64,000 nt of DNA from Octopus sinensis (taxonomy: Eukaryota): contig NC_043003.1 of NCBI RefSeq assembly GCF_006345805.1, positions 78,988,001 to 79,052,000 of the forward strand, written 5' to 3'. The notes below the pieces were generated by a model. That model was not told the origin of the DNA and made no database searches. It was given only the letters and a program-made list of their open reading frames with translations. Positions 39,255 through 52,742 of the stretch are shown here, piece after piece (position 1 is the first letter of the stretch; every line of letters begins with the position of its first letter). The translations under genes were made by a program, and so were the position numbers.

Positions 39255-39349
39255 ATATATATATTATATATATATATGTGTGTGTGGGTGGTGTGTGTGT
39301 GTGTGTGTTGTGTGTGTGTGTGTGTGTGTGCGTGTGTGTATATATATGT

Positions 39350-39384
<35 letters not shown>

Positions 39385-39399
39385 AGATGCGCTCGCGAT

Positions 39400-39555
39400 G
39401 GCCTTCTTTCAGTTTCCGTCTACCAAATCCATTCACAAGGTTTTGGTCAGCCCGACGCTTTACTAGGAGACACTTGCCAAAGTTGTCACATAATGGGACG
39501 GAACCCAAGACAGCATGGTTGGTAAGCAAACTTTTTACCCACACACCCACGCCAG
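39400..39555 (-). mobile_element. SINE family B 5' half
   Basis: TTCTTTCAGTTTCCGTCTACCAAATCC...CACTTGCC...CATGGTTGGTAAGC. Confidence 0.8.
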
Positions 39556-40099
39556 TCAAAGACGTTCCATCCATAGGCATCTTCTTTTATACGGTATAGA
39601 ATACCTGGGACTACGTTATACAATGCTCTTTTTTTTAAATGGCAACAGTGTAATATGAGAAAGATTTGGTTATTTTTACTAGCAGATCAAATGACGTCCA
39701 TAGTGGATGTTGTCACTGCTACGTAACCCAAGGTCACTCCTGACTCAATGGACATTACAATTGTGACCACCCTGTCTTTTACCAAAGTACAATAGAGTGT
39801 ATCCAGCTCCAGGGCCCCAATATATCCTTTGTTTTTCTAAGACCCCACAATGTTCGGCGGGAGTTATTTAGCTGTTATTTCTTCCAGGTCAAATGACTAC
39901 ATAGAGTTCTATCATAGTGGGAGAGTGGTATCAACGTTGTTGTTGCAGGTGTTGTGCACACAAAGACGTTCTAACTATGACCATCTCGTCTTTCTCTATA
40001 TCTAGGAAAGACTGTACTGGTCAATGTGTCATTTGTCTTTTAAGACGGTAGAGAGAGATTTGAGGGAATTTCGCTTACTATTTCTAGCAGGTGGTTTGG

Positions 40100-40598
40100 T
40101 TATGGTAGGTGGATTGGTAGCAGGAACGGTGGTAGTAGTGGTGGTAATGGCCGTTGTAGTGGTACTAGTTGTGGTAGTGGAGCTTGTGGTGGAGGTGGTT
40201 GTTAGTAGTAGAGGTGGTGATAATGGTTGTTGTGGTAGCAGTGGCAGTGGTAGCCGTGGCAGTGGCTGTGGTAGGTTGGTAGTTGGTGGTAGTGGTAGTA
40301 GTTGTGGTGATGGTAGTAGTAGCTGGTGGTCATGGTTAGAATGGCAGTAGTGCTAGTGTTGGCGATAGAGGTGGTATAGGTAGTAGTATTGGGATTGTAC
40401 TGAGAGCGGTGGTGGTGTTTGTAGTGAGGGTGGTGTTTCTAGTAAGGGTGTTGGTTAGGTTGTAGTGATGTTACTAGTAAAAACAGGGGTGGCGAAGTTG
40501 ATAGAGATGGTGCTCTCGACAACGACATTAAGTCATAACGCCATCAAATGCATAGACATCCTCATCATCGGCAGCAGTAGCAGCAACAGCAACAATGG

Positions 40599-40633
<35 letters not shown>

Positions 40634-40722
40634 CTACTATCACCGTCAGACGCATCATCATCACAAATACATTCATCATCATTATCATTGTCATGATGAT
40701 TGTCAACACTATCACCATCCCC

Positions 40723-40759
<37 letters not shown>

Positions 40760-40808
40760 CCATCCCCTTCATCATCATCATCATTATCATCATCATCACC
40801 ATCACCAC

Positions 40809-40841
<33 letters not shown>

Positions 40842-40892
40842 CATCATCATCCACATCATCATCATCATCACCATCACCACCATCATCATCAT

Positions 40893-40959
<67 letters not shown>

Positions 40960-41059
40960 TCATCATCATCATCATCATCCACATCATCATCATCATCATG
41001 ACCATCACCACCATCATCATAATCATCATCATCATCATCATCATCATTATCATCATCAC

Positions 41060-41109
<50 letters not shown>

Positions 41110-42245
41110 CTGTCATCATCACTGTCATCATCACCACCACCACCATCGCCGCCGCCACCGCCAAAACCACCATTACCAACCTAATCACCATGACCATTAT
41201 TACCATCATTATCGTCATCATCCTCCGTCACCACCGCCGTCATCGTCATCATTATCATCACCATCATTACCAGCATCATAACTACTGCTACTATCATCAT
41301 CATCTTCATCATCTCTCACCTCCACCAACACCACCACCACAACCACCACCATCATCATCATACAATCACAACTACCACCACCACCACCACCACCACTCAC
41401 ACCATCGTCACCGTCCTCATCACCTTACCCTAACCTTCAACACCGCCACCACCATCATCACCACTACCACCACCACTACCACCCTCACAACCATCACTAA
41501 AACCATAGTCACCTCCATCAACCGCTATAACCACCGCCGCCACCACCACCAACATTACCATCAGCACCACTATGACCATCACAACCATCACCATTACCAT
41601 CAACCGCCATAACCACCACCACTACCACCGCCATCATCGCCACCAGCAACGGTACCGTTATTAATTCCATCACCACACCCACCGCCATTCAACCACCAGC
41701 ACCAGCACCACCACCATCACAATCACCATCAGCATCACAAACACCAACACTACTAGCTCCACAGCCACCACTGCCACTGCCACCACCAACAACAACAACA
41801 ACAACCAGCACATCACCACCACCACCACCACCACTACCACCACCACCAACAACAACAACAACAACCAGCACAGCACCACCACCACCACTACCACCACCAC
41901 CACCAACAACAACAACAACCAGCACAGCACCACCACCACCACCACCACCACCACTACCACCACCACCACCACTACCAGCACCACCACCACTACCACCACC
42001 ACCAACAACAACAACAACCAGCACAGCACCACCACCACCACCACCACTACCACCTCCACCACCAACAACAACAACAACCAGCACAGCACCACCACCACCA
42101 CCACCACCACTACCACCACCACCACCACTACCACCACCACCACCACTACCACCACCACCAACAACAACAACAACAACCAGCACAGCACCACCACCACCAC
42201 CACCACCACCACCACCACCACCACCACCACTACCACCATCACCAA
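40100..42245. repeat. Large trinucleotide low-complexity domain (GTA/GGT tract, then (CAT)n and (CAC/AAC)n with higher-order units)
   Basis: Directly visible; source of poly-I/M/D/V/G ORFs. Confidence 0.95.
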
Positions 42246-43355
42246 CAGTTAAACAGTGTTGATACTATCACTACGCCAATTCTCTATAAACAGAGGCAGC
42301 AGTGAGAAAGAGGAAAACCAGAAGTGACAATCTGAACAAAACATCTGGAACACTAATTCCTCCTCTTCCCTCTCCTCCTCCTCCTCCCCTCCTTCGCTGC
42401 TCGCCCTGCATCACCTCCTCCTCCTCCATCCATCCATCCATCCATTCTTTACAACAAGACGCACCTGTTACTCTCTTCTCTCTCTCTCGATCTGTCTCTC
42501 CCTCTCTCTCTTTTTCTATAACACTCTTTATCGCTTTTTTTTTCTCTCCTTTTATTTTTCATTCTCTTTTGATTTCTTGCTTTCTCGCTTTATTTCTCTC
42601 TCTCTTTCCCCTCTCTTTCCCTCTCAATTTCTCTCCCTCTTTCACTCTCTCATTTTCTCTCTCTTTCTCTTTCATGCTGTCTTTCCCTCTCTCTCTTTCC
42701 TTCATTTCTTCTCTTATTTCTAGCATCTCTTTTTCTTCCTTTATTTCTTCCGTTTCTTTTTTGCTTTTCTCTCTCTCCCCACTCTCTCCCTTGTTCTTTC
42801 TCTCTTTTTCGCCCTCGTTTCTTCTCTCTTTCTCTCTCTCTCTCTCTCTCTAACACTCCCTTTATCTCTTTTCCTCCTTTTATTCCGATTCTTTTTCGTT
42901 TCTTTCTCTCTCTCCTTCTCCTTAACATGTTCTCTTTATCTTTTATCTTTCCCATTCTAGCTCTCTCTCTCTCTTCCTCCCTTACATGTTCTTGCCCTCT
43001 TTATATCTCTCATTCCATCTTTCTCTCCTTCCCTCCTTCTCTCTCTCTCTCTTGTTCTCTCTGTCATTTCTTCACTACCTTTTTTACTCTTTTTTTGTTT
43101 TGTTTTGTGTATTCTTTTAATTTTCTGATTTATTTTAAGCTTTACCAGATCCAATATCTCTTGGAGATATTTCTCACAGTCAACACCGCCATCCTTAAAT
43201 AACATTACACACCACCACCATCACCACCACCACCATCACTACCACTACCACCACCACCTCTACCACCGCCACAAACAACCACTGGCATCGCAACAACTAC
43301 CACCATCACAATAGCCATCACGATCTCACAACAACAACAAACCAACATCTGTACC

Positions 43356-43386
<31 letters not shown>

Positions 43387-43559
43387 CCAGTAACATCATA
43401 ACAGCCACTACTATACAATCACATCTGATGCTGCTCGTTCCACCATCATCACCTCCACCACTACCACCACTACTACTACTGAATAATTTTCATTGAGATT
43501 CTATAGCCTTCGCCCCCTTTTTCTCTTTGTCCCTTTCTTTCAATCACTCTCCTCCCTCT

Positions 43560-43573
43560 TTCTCTCTCTGACT

Positions 43574-43604
<31 letters not shown>

Positions 43605-43634
43605 CAACTCTCTCTCTCTCTCTCTGACTCTTTC

Positions 43635-43713
<79 letters not shown>

Positions 43714-43751
43714 GTCTGTCTGTCTGTCTATTTATCTATCCATCTATCCAA

Positions 43752-43783
<32 letters not shown>

Positions 43784-43841
43784 CTCTATTTACCTATATC
43801 TATCTATCTTTCTGTCTGTCTGTCTATTTATCTATCTATCC

Positions 43842-43877
<36 letters not shown>

Positions 43878-43880
43878 ATA
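43560..43880. repeat. (CT)n/(TCTA)n/(TCTG)n microsatellite
   Basis: Directly visible. Confidence 0.95.
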
Positions 43881-44094
43881 TATATATGTGTGTGTGTGTG
43901 TGTATGTGTATGTGTGTGTATTACTTACAACCAAAGTAAACGGGCGCGATGGCGCACACATACATAAACGTGCATAAACACGCATACGCTCGCGCTTACA
44001 GTGGCACACACACACACACACGTGCATACACACTGCAAAAATATATTTATGTATATATGTGTGCATGTATGTATGTATGTACATGTATGTACAT

Positions 44095-44268
44095 AGGCGC
44101 AGGAGTGGCTTTGTGGTAAGTAGCTTGCTAACCAACCACATGGTTCCGGGTTCAGTCCCACTTCGTGGCATCTTGGGCAAGTGTCTTCTACGATAGCCCC
44201 GGACCGACCAATGCCTTGTGAGTGGATTTGGTAGACGGAAACTAAAAGAAGCTTGTCGTATATATATA

Positions 44269-44301
<33 letters not shown>

Positions 44302-44525
44302 TGTGTGTGTTTGTGTGTCTGTGTTTGTCCCCCTAGCATTGCTTGACAACCGATGCTGGTGTGTTTACGTCCCCGTCACATAGCGGTTCGGCAAAAGAGA
44401 CCGATAGAATGAGTACTGGGCTTACAAAGAATAAGTCCTGGGTGTCGATTTGCTCGACTAAAGGCGGTGCTCCAGCATGGCCGCAGTCAAATGACTGAAA
44501 CAAGTAAAAAGAGAGTAAAAAGAGA
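44095..44525 (+). mobile_element. SINE family B, full length
   Basis: AGGCGCAGGAGTGGC head to GTAAAAAGAGAG tail. Confidence 0.93.
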
Positions 44526-44674
44526 TCTGTATGATTACGGATATTTTACTGTTGTGTTTCCCCTTCCTATATGTATACACATAAATGTGTATACGTACGT
44601 ACGTTTGTATGTATGTATGTACGTACGTATGTATAGAGACAGAGAGAGAGAGAGAAAGATATCAAGCGGGGAGG

Positions 44675-45155
44675 AAGGGTGGAAATATTCTTTTCTACTC
44701 TAGGCACAAAGCCCGAAATTTTGGGGAAGGAGGCCCAGTCGGTTAGATCGCCCCCAGTACGCAACTGGTACTACTTAATTCATCGATCCCGAAAGGATGA
44801 AAGGCAAAGTCGACCTCGGCGGAATTTGAACTCACAACGTAGCGGCAGACGAAATACCGCTAAGTATTTCGTCCGGCGCGCTAACGATTCTGCCAGCTCG
44901 CCGCCTTAAGGGTGGAAATATTCTTTTCTACTCTAGGCACAAAGCCCGAAATTTTGGGGAAGGAGGCCCAGTCGGTTAGATCGCCCCCAGTACGCAACTG
45001 GTACTACTTAATTCATCGATCCCGAAAGGATGAAAGGCAAAGTCGACCACGGCGGAATTTGAACTCACAACGTAGCGGCAGACGAAATACCGCTAAGTAT
45101 TTCGTCCGGCGCGCTAACGATTCTGCCAGCTCGCCGCCTTAAGGGTGGAAATATT
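44675..45155 (-). mobile_element. Tandemly duplicated SINE family A (A2 tail): TSD-SINE-TSD-SINE-TSD
   Basis: 233-bp period; AAGGGTGGAAATATT at 44675, 44908, 45141; one substitution between units. Confidence 0.95.
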
Positions 45156-45310
45156 GTAAAAGAAAGGGGGGGGGTATATATATATATATATACCGCTTAC
45201 AAAAGTGACGGGTGAATATTTATTCTAAGGCTAAATATGTTCTTTGTTACAACCAAGAGTTCCATAAAAATCTGAGTAGCAACAGTAATTTCAACACCGC
45301 CATAAATGTT

Positions 45311-45341
<31 letters not shown>

Positions 45342-45541
45342 CTCTCTCTCTCCATCCCTCCTTTCCCTCTCTCTTCTCTCTCCTTCTAATCTATCTCTCT
45401 CAATGTATATATCTTTCTCTTTCTTCCTTTCCCTCTCTACATATATATACTATTTCTAAAAATGTATACGTGCATGTATATTTTGCCTGTGTGTATATAT
45501 ATATATATATTTATAAATATGTATACGTGCGTGTATATATA

Positions 45542-45576
<35 letters not shown>

Positions 45577-45748
45577 CATCCTGTACCCATGTATGCATAT
45601 TATAAAACATACATATGTAAGTATGGTACATATGTATATATATATACATATATATTATTTATATTATTATATGATTGAACGCCACGCATCCATTCCAAGT
45701 AAGTTCATCTCTCTCTCTCTCTTTCTCTCTCTCCTCTTCTCTCTCTCT

Positions 45749-45803
<55 letters not shown>

Positions 45804-45968
45804 TGTGTATATTTGCATGTGTGTATGTCTGTGTATGTATATATGCAGGTATACATGTATGTTTGCATGTATATCTGTACATATGTATATGTATATACGT
45901 GTGTATGTGCATGTGTGTGTTTCTCTCTGTCTGTCTGGTCTCTCTCTCCCTCCCTCCCTCTCCCTCCC

Positions 45969-46000
<32 letters not shown>

Positions 46001-46627
46001 ATTCCACACATATATATTTATATATTCGGAAAACAAAAAAGAGAAAAGGGAGAGAGAGAGATAGAAAGAGAGTGTGTGAGAGACAGACAGACTGTTAGAC
46101 AGACAGACAGACAGACAGACAGATAGACAGACAGAGACAGGGAGAGCGTAGAGCGTATGAGCCTAATTAAACAGAGGAACGAGAGGGGGGTAGTGAGTAA
46201 AGATTTGCCTGCCAAGTGGCTTGATAAGCAAGACGGCTTACAGCAGACGACGGCAGGAATGCTGAGAGTTGCCAAGTGAAAAATCTTGCCAAAGAAAAAA
46301 AAAAAAAAAAAAAAAAAAAATCTTCAAATTCATTTCATTAAAGCAATATAGATCACACGTGGTTGGTGCTGACATCTGCATCATCCAAGTGCACCATCAG
46401 TTCATTTTACATGGTTTATATTTGGGTAGCTGTGAATGTTTACTGAATTGTGCAGATGTGCCTGTGTGGTGAAAAAACTTTGGTTTCACAACCCATGCGT
46501 TGTGGCTTCGAGTTAGTTGCAGTCCTACCGAGCGGCATCTTGCGGTATAGTGTCTTCTGCTAAAATCCCAGCGCCGATCAATGATTTGTAAGTGAAATTT
46601 GGTCATGAGAAATTGTACGTAAGCCAC

Positions 46628-46722
46628 TCGACGTGGGTGTGTGGTAAGAAGCTTGCTTCCCAACCACATGGTTTCGGGTTCAGTCCCACTGCGTTACACT
46701 TTGGTTACGTGTCTTCTACTAG
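46628..46722 (+). mobile_element. SINE family B head fragment
   Basis: GTGTGTGGTAAGAAGCTTGCTTCCCAACCACATGG...TGTCTTCTACTA. Confidence 0.8.
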
Positions 46723-47528
46723 CCTTAAGTGCGGCTACAATCCAGCCTACCTCTACTTCTGGTGGTGGGGGGGGGGCATTTTAAGTTTTTTTCCGGGACA
46801 TCCTACGTCCCAGATATAAAGGTAAAAATAAAATATTTCCACTTTGCAAGTTCGAGTCGAGTACTCCCTTGCACGCTACGTTGACTCGAACCTTGCTTCT
46901 ATTGTGGCGAATTTACCGCCTCTAATTAGATACCTTTCATAGTCGCACCAAGACACTTTTCGAAGGTGCTTTCCTCCATGTGTTCAAATCTTTTTTCTCT
47001 ACATTGTATACTTTATAGACAATAGTCTTTTCTTTAATTTAATTTTTTTTTATCCATCTGGACTATTCCATTTCTGCACGCTAATTTTATTTTTAATTTA
47101 TTCCCATTCATGTGAAACTACTTATTCAAGTTCAAGTCATTGATGCAATTTTATATCAATTGCTATTTTTACTTTTGTTATGTTACGATTATATTATACT
47201 TTAGTTTTATTTTAATTATTACTTACTACTTATAATTCAATTGTTATTATTATTTTTTTTTGTTAAAGTGAAAGTATCTGACATAAGATAGAGAAATGTT
47301 TTTGTTTCACTTTTAACACGTAATACTGAAATAGTGGAGAATATATGATAATGCTATGGGCTCACTCTAGGCAAGAAGTTGAACATTTTTTTTGCCCATA
47401 AAACTACATGGACCCTAAGTAAGGCATGTGTAAAATTTGAATGAAATTGGTTGTGTAGTTCTCAAGTTTTAAGGAAACACACAGACAGACAGACAGACAC
47501 ACATTCTCAGTTTTATATATATAAAGAT
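46716..47528 (+). mobile_element. HINE/DINE-1-like (Helentron-associated) element, copy 1; 5' limit uncertain
   Basis: 3' end ...ACACAGACAGACAGACAGACAC...TTTTATATATATAAAGAT; 46991-47528 is a direct repeat of 47733-48231. Confidence 0.6.
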
Positions 47529-47537
47529 GTATATATA

Positions 47538-48231
47538 TACTAGCATTAAAGACCCGTCGTTGCCGGGTCATAGTGCTAGTGCATGTATATATGTGTATAT
47601 ATATGTATACATATTACATGTACATCTATATATATACATCTACTCATAAAATGCAAAATACAAAGTTATATCTTGATATCGCTAGTGATAACAATACTCA
47701 AAATATATAACAGACTGGAATTGTTAGCTCTTCTTTTTTCTCTACATTGTATACTTTATAGACAATAGTCTTTTCTTTAATTTAATTTTTTATTATCCAT
47801 CTGGATTATTCCATTTCTGCACGCTAATTTTATTTTTAATTTAATTCCCATTCATGTGAAACCATTAATGCAATTTTATACCAATTGCTATTTTTACTTA
47901 TATTATACTTTAGTTTGATTTTAATTATTACTTACTACATATAATTCAATTGTTATTATTATTTTTATTGTTAAAGTGAAAGCATCTGACATAAAATAGA
48001 GAAATATTTTTGTTTCACTTTTAACACGTAATACTGAAATAGTGGAGAAGATATGATATTGCTATGGGCTCGCTCTAGGCAAGAAGTTGAACATTGTTTT
48101 TGTCCATGACACTTCCCGGACCCTAAGTAAGGCATATGTAAAATTTGAATGAAATTGGTTGTGTAGTTCTCAAGTTTTAGGGAAACACACAGACAGACAG
48201 ACACATATTCTCAGTTTTATATATATAAAGA
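47538..48231 (+). mobile_element. HINE/DINE-1-like element, copy 2
   Basis: Begins TACTAGC...GACCCG(TCGTTGC)CGGGTC hairpin; ends (GACA)n + TTTTATATATATAAAGA. Confidence 0.65.
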
Positions 48232-48584
48232 AATATATATAACAAAACTTACTTGGAGGAGATGAAACGAAACGAAACGAATCGAATCGACGCGAGGGCG
48301 CTCAGTCATACAATAGTGTAATAAATAAAATATATGCATACATACATACATATATGTACGTACATCTACATTTATATATACATGCATATATAAATATATA
48401 TACGTGAGGAAATATATATGCATGTATATATACATGTAGATGTAGGTACGTACATATATGTATGTATGTATGCATATATTTTTTTTATTACACTATATAT
48501 ATATATATATATATATATATGTAATGTATGTATGTATGTATGTATGCATGCATGTATGTATGTATGTATGTACTATTTATCTCT

Positions 48585-48785
48585 TCTGCTTTACTTGGTT
48601 CAGTCGATAAACTGCGGCTGTTTTTGCGCACCGCCTTAAAGTTTTTAGCCGAGTAAATCGACCAGTATACTTTTTTTTAAAGCCTGGTACTTATTTCATC
48701 GGTATCTTTTGCTAAAACGCTAAGTTGCCTGGACGTAAACAAACCAACAGGAGTTGTCAGGTGGTGAGTGACAAACACTCGTGCA

Positions 48786-48829
<44 letters not shown>

Positions 48830-49010
48830 ACACACACACACTCACACATATGACGGGCTTTCACACATATTCTGCCAATCAAATTCATTCATAAAGAGTT
48901 GGGCAACTCGGGGTTATAGAAGTCAGAATCTCAAGGTATCGCGCCGTGACACTGAACCAAAAACCACACGGTAGCAAAGCGAGCGTCTTTAACATGGCCA
49001 TGTCCACGCC
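48585..49010 (-). mobile_element. SINE family B, degenerate
   Basis: Reverse-complement tail, (CA)n, head remnants. Confidence 0.75.
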
Positions 49011-49109
49011 TATGTATGATGTATGTATGTATGTATGTATGTATGTATGTATGTATGTATCTGTATGTATAAATCTATCTGCCTATCAATCTAATTATAT
49101 ACATATACA

Positions 49110-49300
49110 TGACCACGTGTGTATTGTTGGCGATTTGTTTTCTCCGTCTTCCCTTTTTTTTACTTTCTCTATATTTCTGACGAAGAGCTCCGCTCGAACG
49201 TGAAATGCTCCTTTTTCTTTCCTTTCCTGAACGTCCAATAACACTGTACTTATTCCACGTCCTCGCGTTGTTATGTTTTCTCTTTGATCATGTTTTGATT
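49110..49300 (+). mobile_element. Penelope pseudo-LTR-like repeat (family shared with 61330-61580)
   Basis: Homology to the reverse complement of 61330-61580 incl. GAAGAGCTCCGCTCG. Confidence 0.65.
49174..49205 (+). ncRNA. Decayed hammerhead motif (CUGACGA core)
   Basis: UUU-CUGACGA-A-GAGC(UCC)GCUC-GAA-CG-UG-AAA: one A of GAAA lost, H17=G. Confidence 0.55.
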
Positions 49301-49318
49301 AACTACACACCACACACA

Positions 49319-49387
<69 letters not shown>

Positions 49388-49391
<4 letters not shown>

Positions 49392-49760
49392 AGGCTGTTT
49401 CCAAAATTAATGCAACCAAACTTTTTCAATTTTGCCAAAGCAACATATTGTTATATTTCAGGTCTGAATGGTAAAGGAAACATAATAATGACACTACCAC
49501 ATTTATTCGATATGACCACATAGGTCGTCAAGGTGTGAATGCTTCACACACGGAACGCAGCTGGTCTTGTCCACCCATGGCGCAGTTTTGCCTTTAGAGA
49601 GTCGAACGAAGCATGAAGAGTGCTCGAGACCCTCGTCTCCAAAATAGACCAAACAGAAAAATCCAATGGGTTTTGATCGGGGATTCTTGAACTGGCAGAT
49701 GATCCGCCTGGGGTTAAAACGGTTGTAAAGCCGAACAGCCATCTCGATGTGGGATAAACA
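49388..49760 (-). pseudogene. Tc1/mariner 3' fragment with terminal repeat
   Basis: DQNPLDFSVWSILETRVSSTLHASFDSLKAKLR ... GHIE* (SPDLNPLDF-type block); TA-flanked CAGGCTGTTTCCAAAATT end. Confidence 0.8.
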
Positions 49761-49784
49761 TTATATATATATATATATATATGT

Positions 49785-52298
49785 TAGGGTTATAACTTTT
49801 TCACAACGAAATAACGCAATACTGTAATTCGATGAACAATTTCATGAAAGTCAGAAAACTAACATTTTTTTTGTTTTATTTGAAAAAACGTCACCCATAG
49901 CTTAAGAAACCGATCACCACTTTTGACCCAAATCATGCAAAATTCTAGTGGGGTTCATAAAGCCTGCTCAAGTTTTTATCAAACTTGGTGTGTTGATTCA
50001 ATGCAATGCAAAAATACTATATCTGAAATTTAAGCTTCTGGTTGAAGTAGTTTCCGAGTTATCGGCTTTTAAAACTATAATCACTAGGTGGCACTAGATT
50101 CACAATTCAGTATTTCCGCTGCCTAAATCCTTGTAAACGCAAGAGAGATGTGGAATAAAAGTGTATTTTTACATTTTTAAGATTACTGAATTGTAATTGC
50201 TCTATGCAAAGGTTCAAAACTAGGCTATTTTCAGACAGAGGCCACTGCAAGCATTCGATAACGTACAAAATTAAAAACAATACATATTTTTAACTTTATA
50301 GGTTTAATTCCAATTTTAAATAACTATATAAGAAAAAGAATGTTAGCAAATTTTTAAACATAACAAATTAATATGTTTTGTTAGATAAAATGAACTGAAG
50401 CTGAAGTTTCTCCTTTTTGCAAACATAAAGATCTTGAAGGCACTTCATTTCCTGCTCTGCACTGATTTGTTCTGGGAATTCCCAGTTTTGAAGGTTCTCG
50501 ACTCCTAATGTTTTTTACAGAGTGCAATGCTTTTTTATGAATTTTCAGGCTGCCACATAACAAATGAAATAGAAATTTCATGTCATCTCACCATCCTGCT
50601 GATTCAGTAATCTTTTCTTCACTGTTGAAATTAGCCTGGAGTTTCTTGTAATTACTTAGAAGCTCTGGGATTAATGTACATTCAATTTTGGGAGATGGTT
50701 TTTTTTCTCCAAGTTTGTTATCCATCACAACACTAAGAACTCTACCAAAGATATGATGCTGACAACCAATAAATTGCGGTTCTTTCAAACTCTTTTGAGC
50801 AAACATTATTTGCAACTGAATGATAATGCCGTTTCTTTTCCCAGTGTTCACATTCGTTGTATCAGCAACAGTCATCTTTACACAGTTCCATAAATTGTAT
50901 AATCTAACACAGTTGTTATTCCTTTCACAACAGTATTGGTTTTTCCCTTTAGTAATTGCAGTGCTTCCAACTTAACTTCTCTGTTCATTCTTTAAAATTA
51001 ACACTTGGTATTTTTGGTTATCAATACGTTTACCGTCAAAATGCAATGACCAGTTTTCTAAATGTAGTGTTTTCTTCATTTCCTTTTTAAGTTTATCAGC
51101 TTCTTTGATACTCGATCTGTAAATACCAGATCGAGAAGGAGTCTCGACAATGATCCCATCTTGAGATAATTGTCGACAAACTGTTGCTGCTTTTTGGGTT
51201 GATAGCTTGGAAGATATATCTAACTTGGTTGCAGTTCCAGTTTTGCTATACTTTCTCCTTGTTTGTGTGGATTCTTCATCTGATTTTTCAGAGTCTTGAT
51301 ATTCACTTTTAGTCTCTGCTTCCGACGTTGGCGATGACACTGGAGTTGCTCTGATTGGCATTAAGGACACTTTTTTTTTGGATGGATGAATAGTTTTGGA
51401 ACTGGCTGTCTTTCCAGTTCCATATCCAGCCTATCCCCCGCTTTCACTTTGAAGATAATATAACCTTCTATCCTCACTGCACAGCTATTCACCGTTTTCC
51501 TTTGTGATGTCAAAAATTCCTTTCAATAATCGTATTATCCTCGTCTGATTCATCGTAGGTATTCAACACTTTTTCTACTTTTGCTTGTACATTTTGAATT
51601 GATAAATATATAGGACATTTATTTTCTTTTGCCATAAAAAGTTACTTCTTTCGAAATTTCCTTTGCTCTTTAATTCCTTTCTTTGATGGTACCTCAAAGT
51701 AACAGGTAGCGACCGACAATTTGAAGTTTCATTGATGTCCTGCAGTTGTTTTCCAAAGAATGCTCTTCAAGAGGAACAGGTCTTCTTTTCTTACGTGAGC
51801 CTTGAAATTGTACGAGATTCTTCGTCCAGATTTTTTTGTTTCTTTGAGTGACACAAGCACTACTATTATGAGACATTATCCTAGTTGGATAAGTCTACTA
51901 TTCTGAGAAACAGTTAATATAGTCAGAGTTTTTAGCGTTACAGAAACAGAAAGGAAAGGAAGAGGATATTTCCTAAAGTAGGGCCTAAGTGGTATCAAAT
52001 AAAAAAAAAACTCTATAACTCCTAAACTACTTAAACTTGAAAGCTGAAATTTGAGATATATTGTTTTTGCATTGCATTAAGTCAGCACACCAAGTTTGTA
52101 AAAACTTTAGTAGGCATTATGAACCCACCTAGAATTTTGCATGACTTGGGTCAAAAGTGGTGTTAGATTCCTTCAGTTGGGGGAGATGTGTTTTTAAAAA
52201 ACTTTATATAAAGTTTATTTTCTCTATTCATATAAAGTTGTTCATCGACATTTAATACAGGAAATTGTTTACTAAAAATAACAAAATGCATAACCCTA
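49785..52298 (-). mobile_element. hAT-superfamily-like (hATm-type) DNA transposon with long imperfect TIRs and a broken transposase
   Basis: Termini TAGGGTTA...TAACCCTA; ~250-bp imperfect inverted homology (e.g. CACTTTTGACCCAA.TCATGCAAAATTCTAG vs CTAGAATTTTGCATGACTTGGGTCAAAAGTG); minus-strand ORF pieces with LHFDGK, DTTNVNTGK.NG, GCQHH; near-matching 8-bp flanks ATATATGT/ATATATAT. Confidence 0.75.
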
Positions 52299-52377
52299 AT
52301 ATATATATATATATATATAATATATATGAATAAATGAAAGAATGGAGTCGAACGAAGATTTTAACAAAATTCCTTTA

Positions 52378-52460
52378 CACTCGACACATGTTTCGAAGAC
52401 GGCATACTTTTAATTCCGAAGGAATAAATGGTGCATTATGCCATCTTCTCATCAGGAAAG
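52378..52460 (-). ncRNA. Type I hammerhead ribozyme, canonical core (left arm)
   Basis: CUUUC-CUGAUGA-GAAGAUGGCAUA...UAUGCCGUCUUC-GAAA-CAUGUG-UC-GAGUG. Confidence 0.85.
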
Positions 52461-52659
52461 ATAAGGAGCCTCTTTCAGCCACAAGACGAACAAAATATTT
52501 TGATGATTTCCCACATGGTGTCCACAGTGATAATGAGTTTTTAAAAATAATCCGTTATAAGCAATGACGTCAAAAATGGGTAGAAGGAGGAAGAATTAAA
52601 AACAGTTAGGGGACAATATGTATTTTTTGTTCGTCTTGTAGCTGAAAGAGGCTCCTTAT

Positions 52660-52742
52660 CTTTCCTGATGAGAAGATGGCATAATGCACCATTTATTCCT
52701 TCGGAATTGAAAGTATGCCGTCTTCGAAACATGTGTCGAGAG
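52660..52742 (+). ncRNA. Type I hammerhead ribozyme, canonical core, intact (right arm)
   Basis: CUUUC-CUGAUGA-GAAGAUGGCAUA(30 nt)UAUGCCGUCUUC-GAAA-CAUGUG-UC-GAGAG: 5-bp helix I, 12-bp helix II, self-complementary ACAUGUGU helix III, GUC triplet. Confidence 0.9.

Noticed and set aside
42276-42300. CCAAT followed by TATAAA
   Set aside because: Spacing is atypical and there is no downstream gene evidence.
48247-48320. Strong minus-strand donor CAA|GTAAGT after a CpG-containing segment
   Set aside because: No acceptor, ORF or partner exon can be supported.
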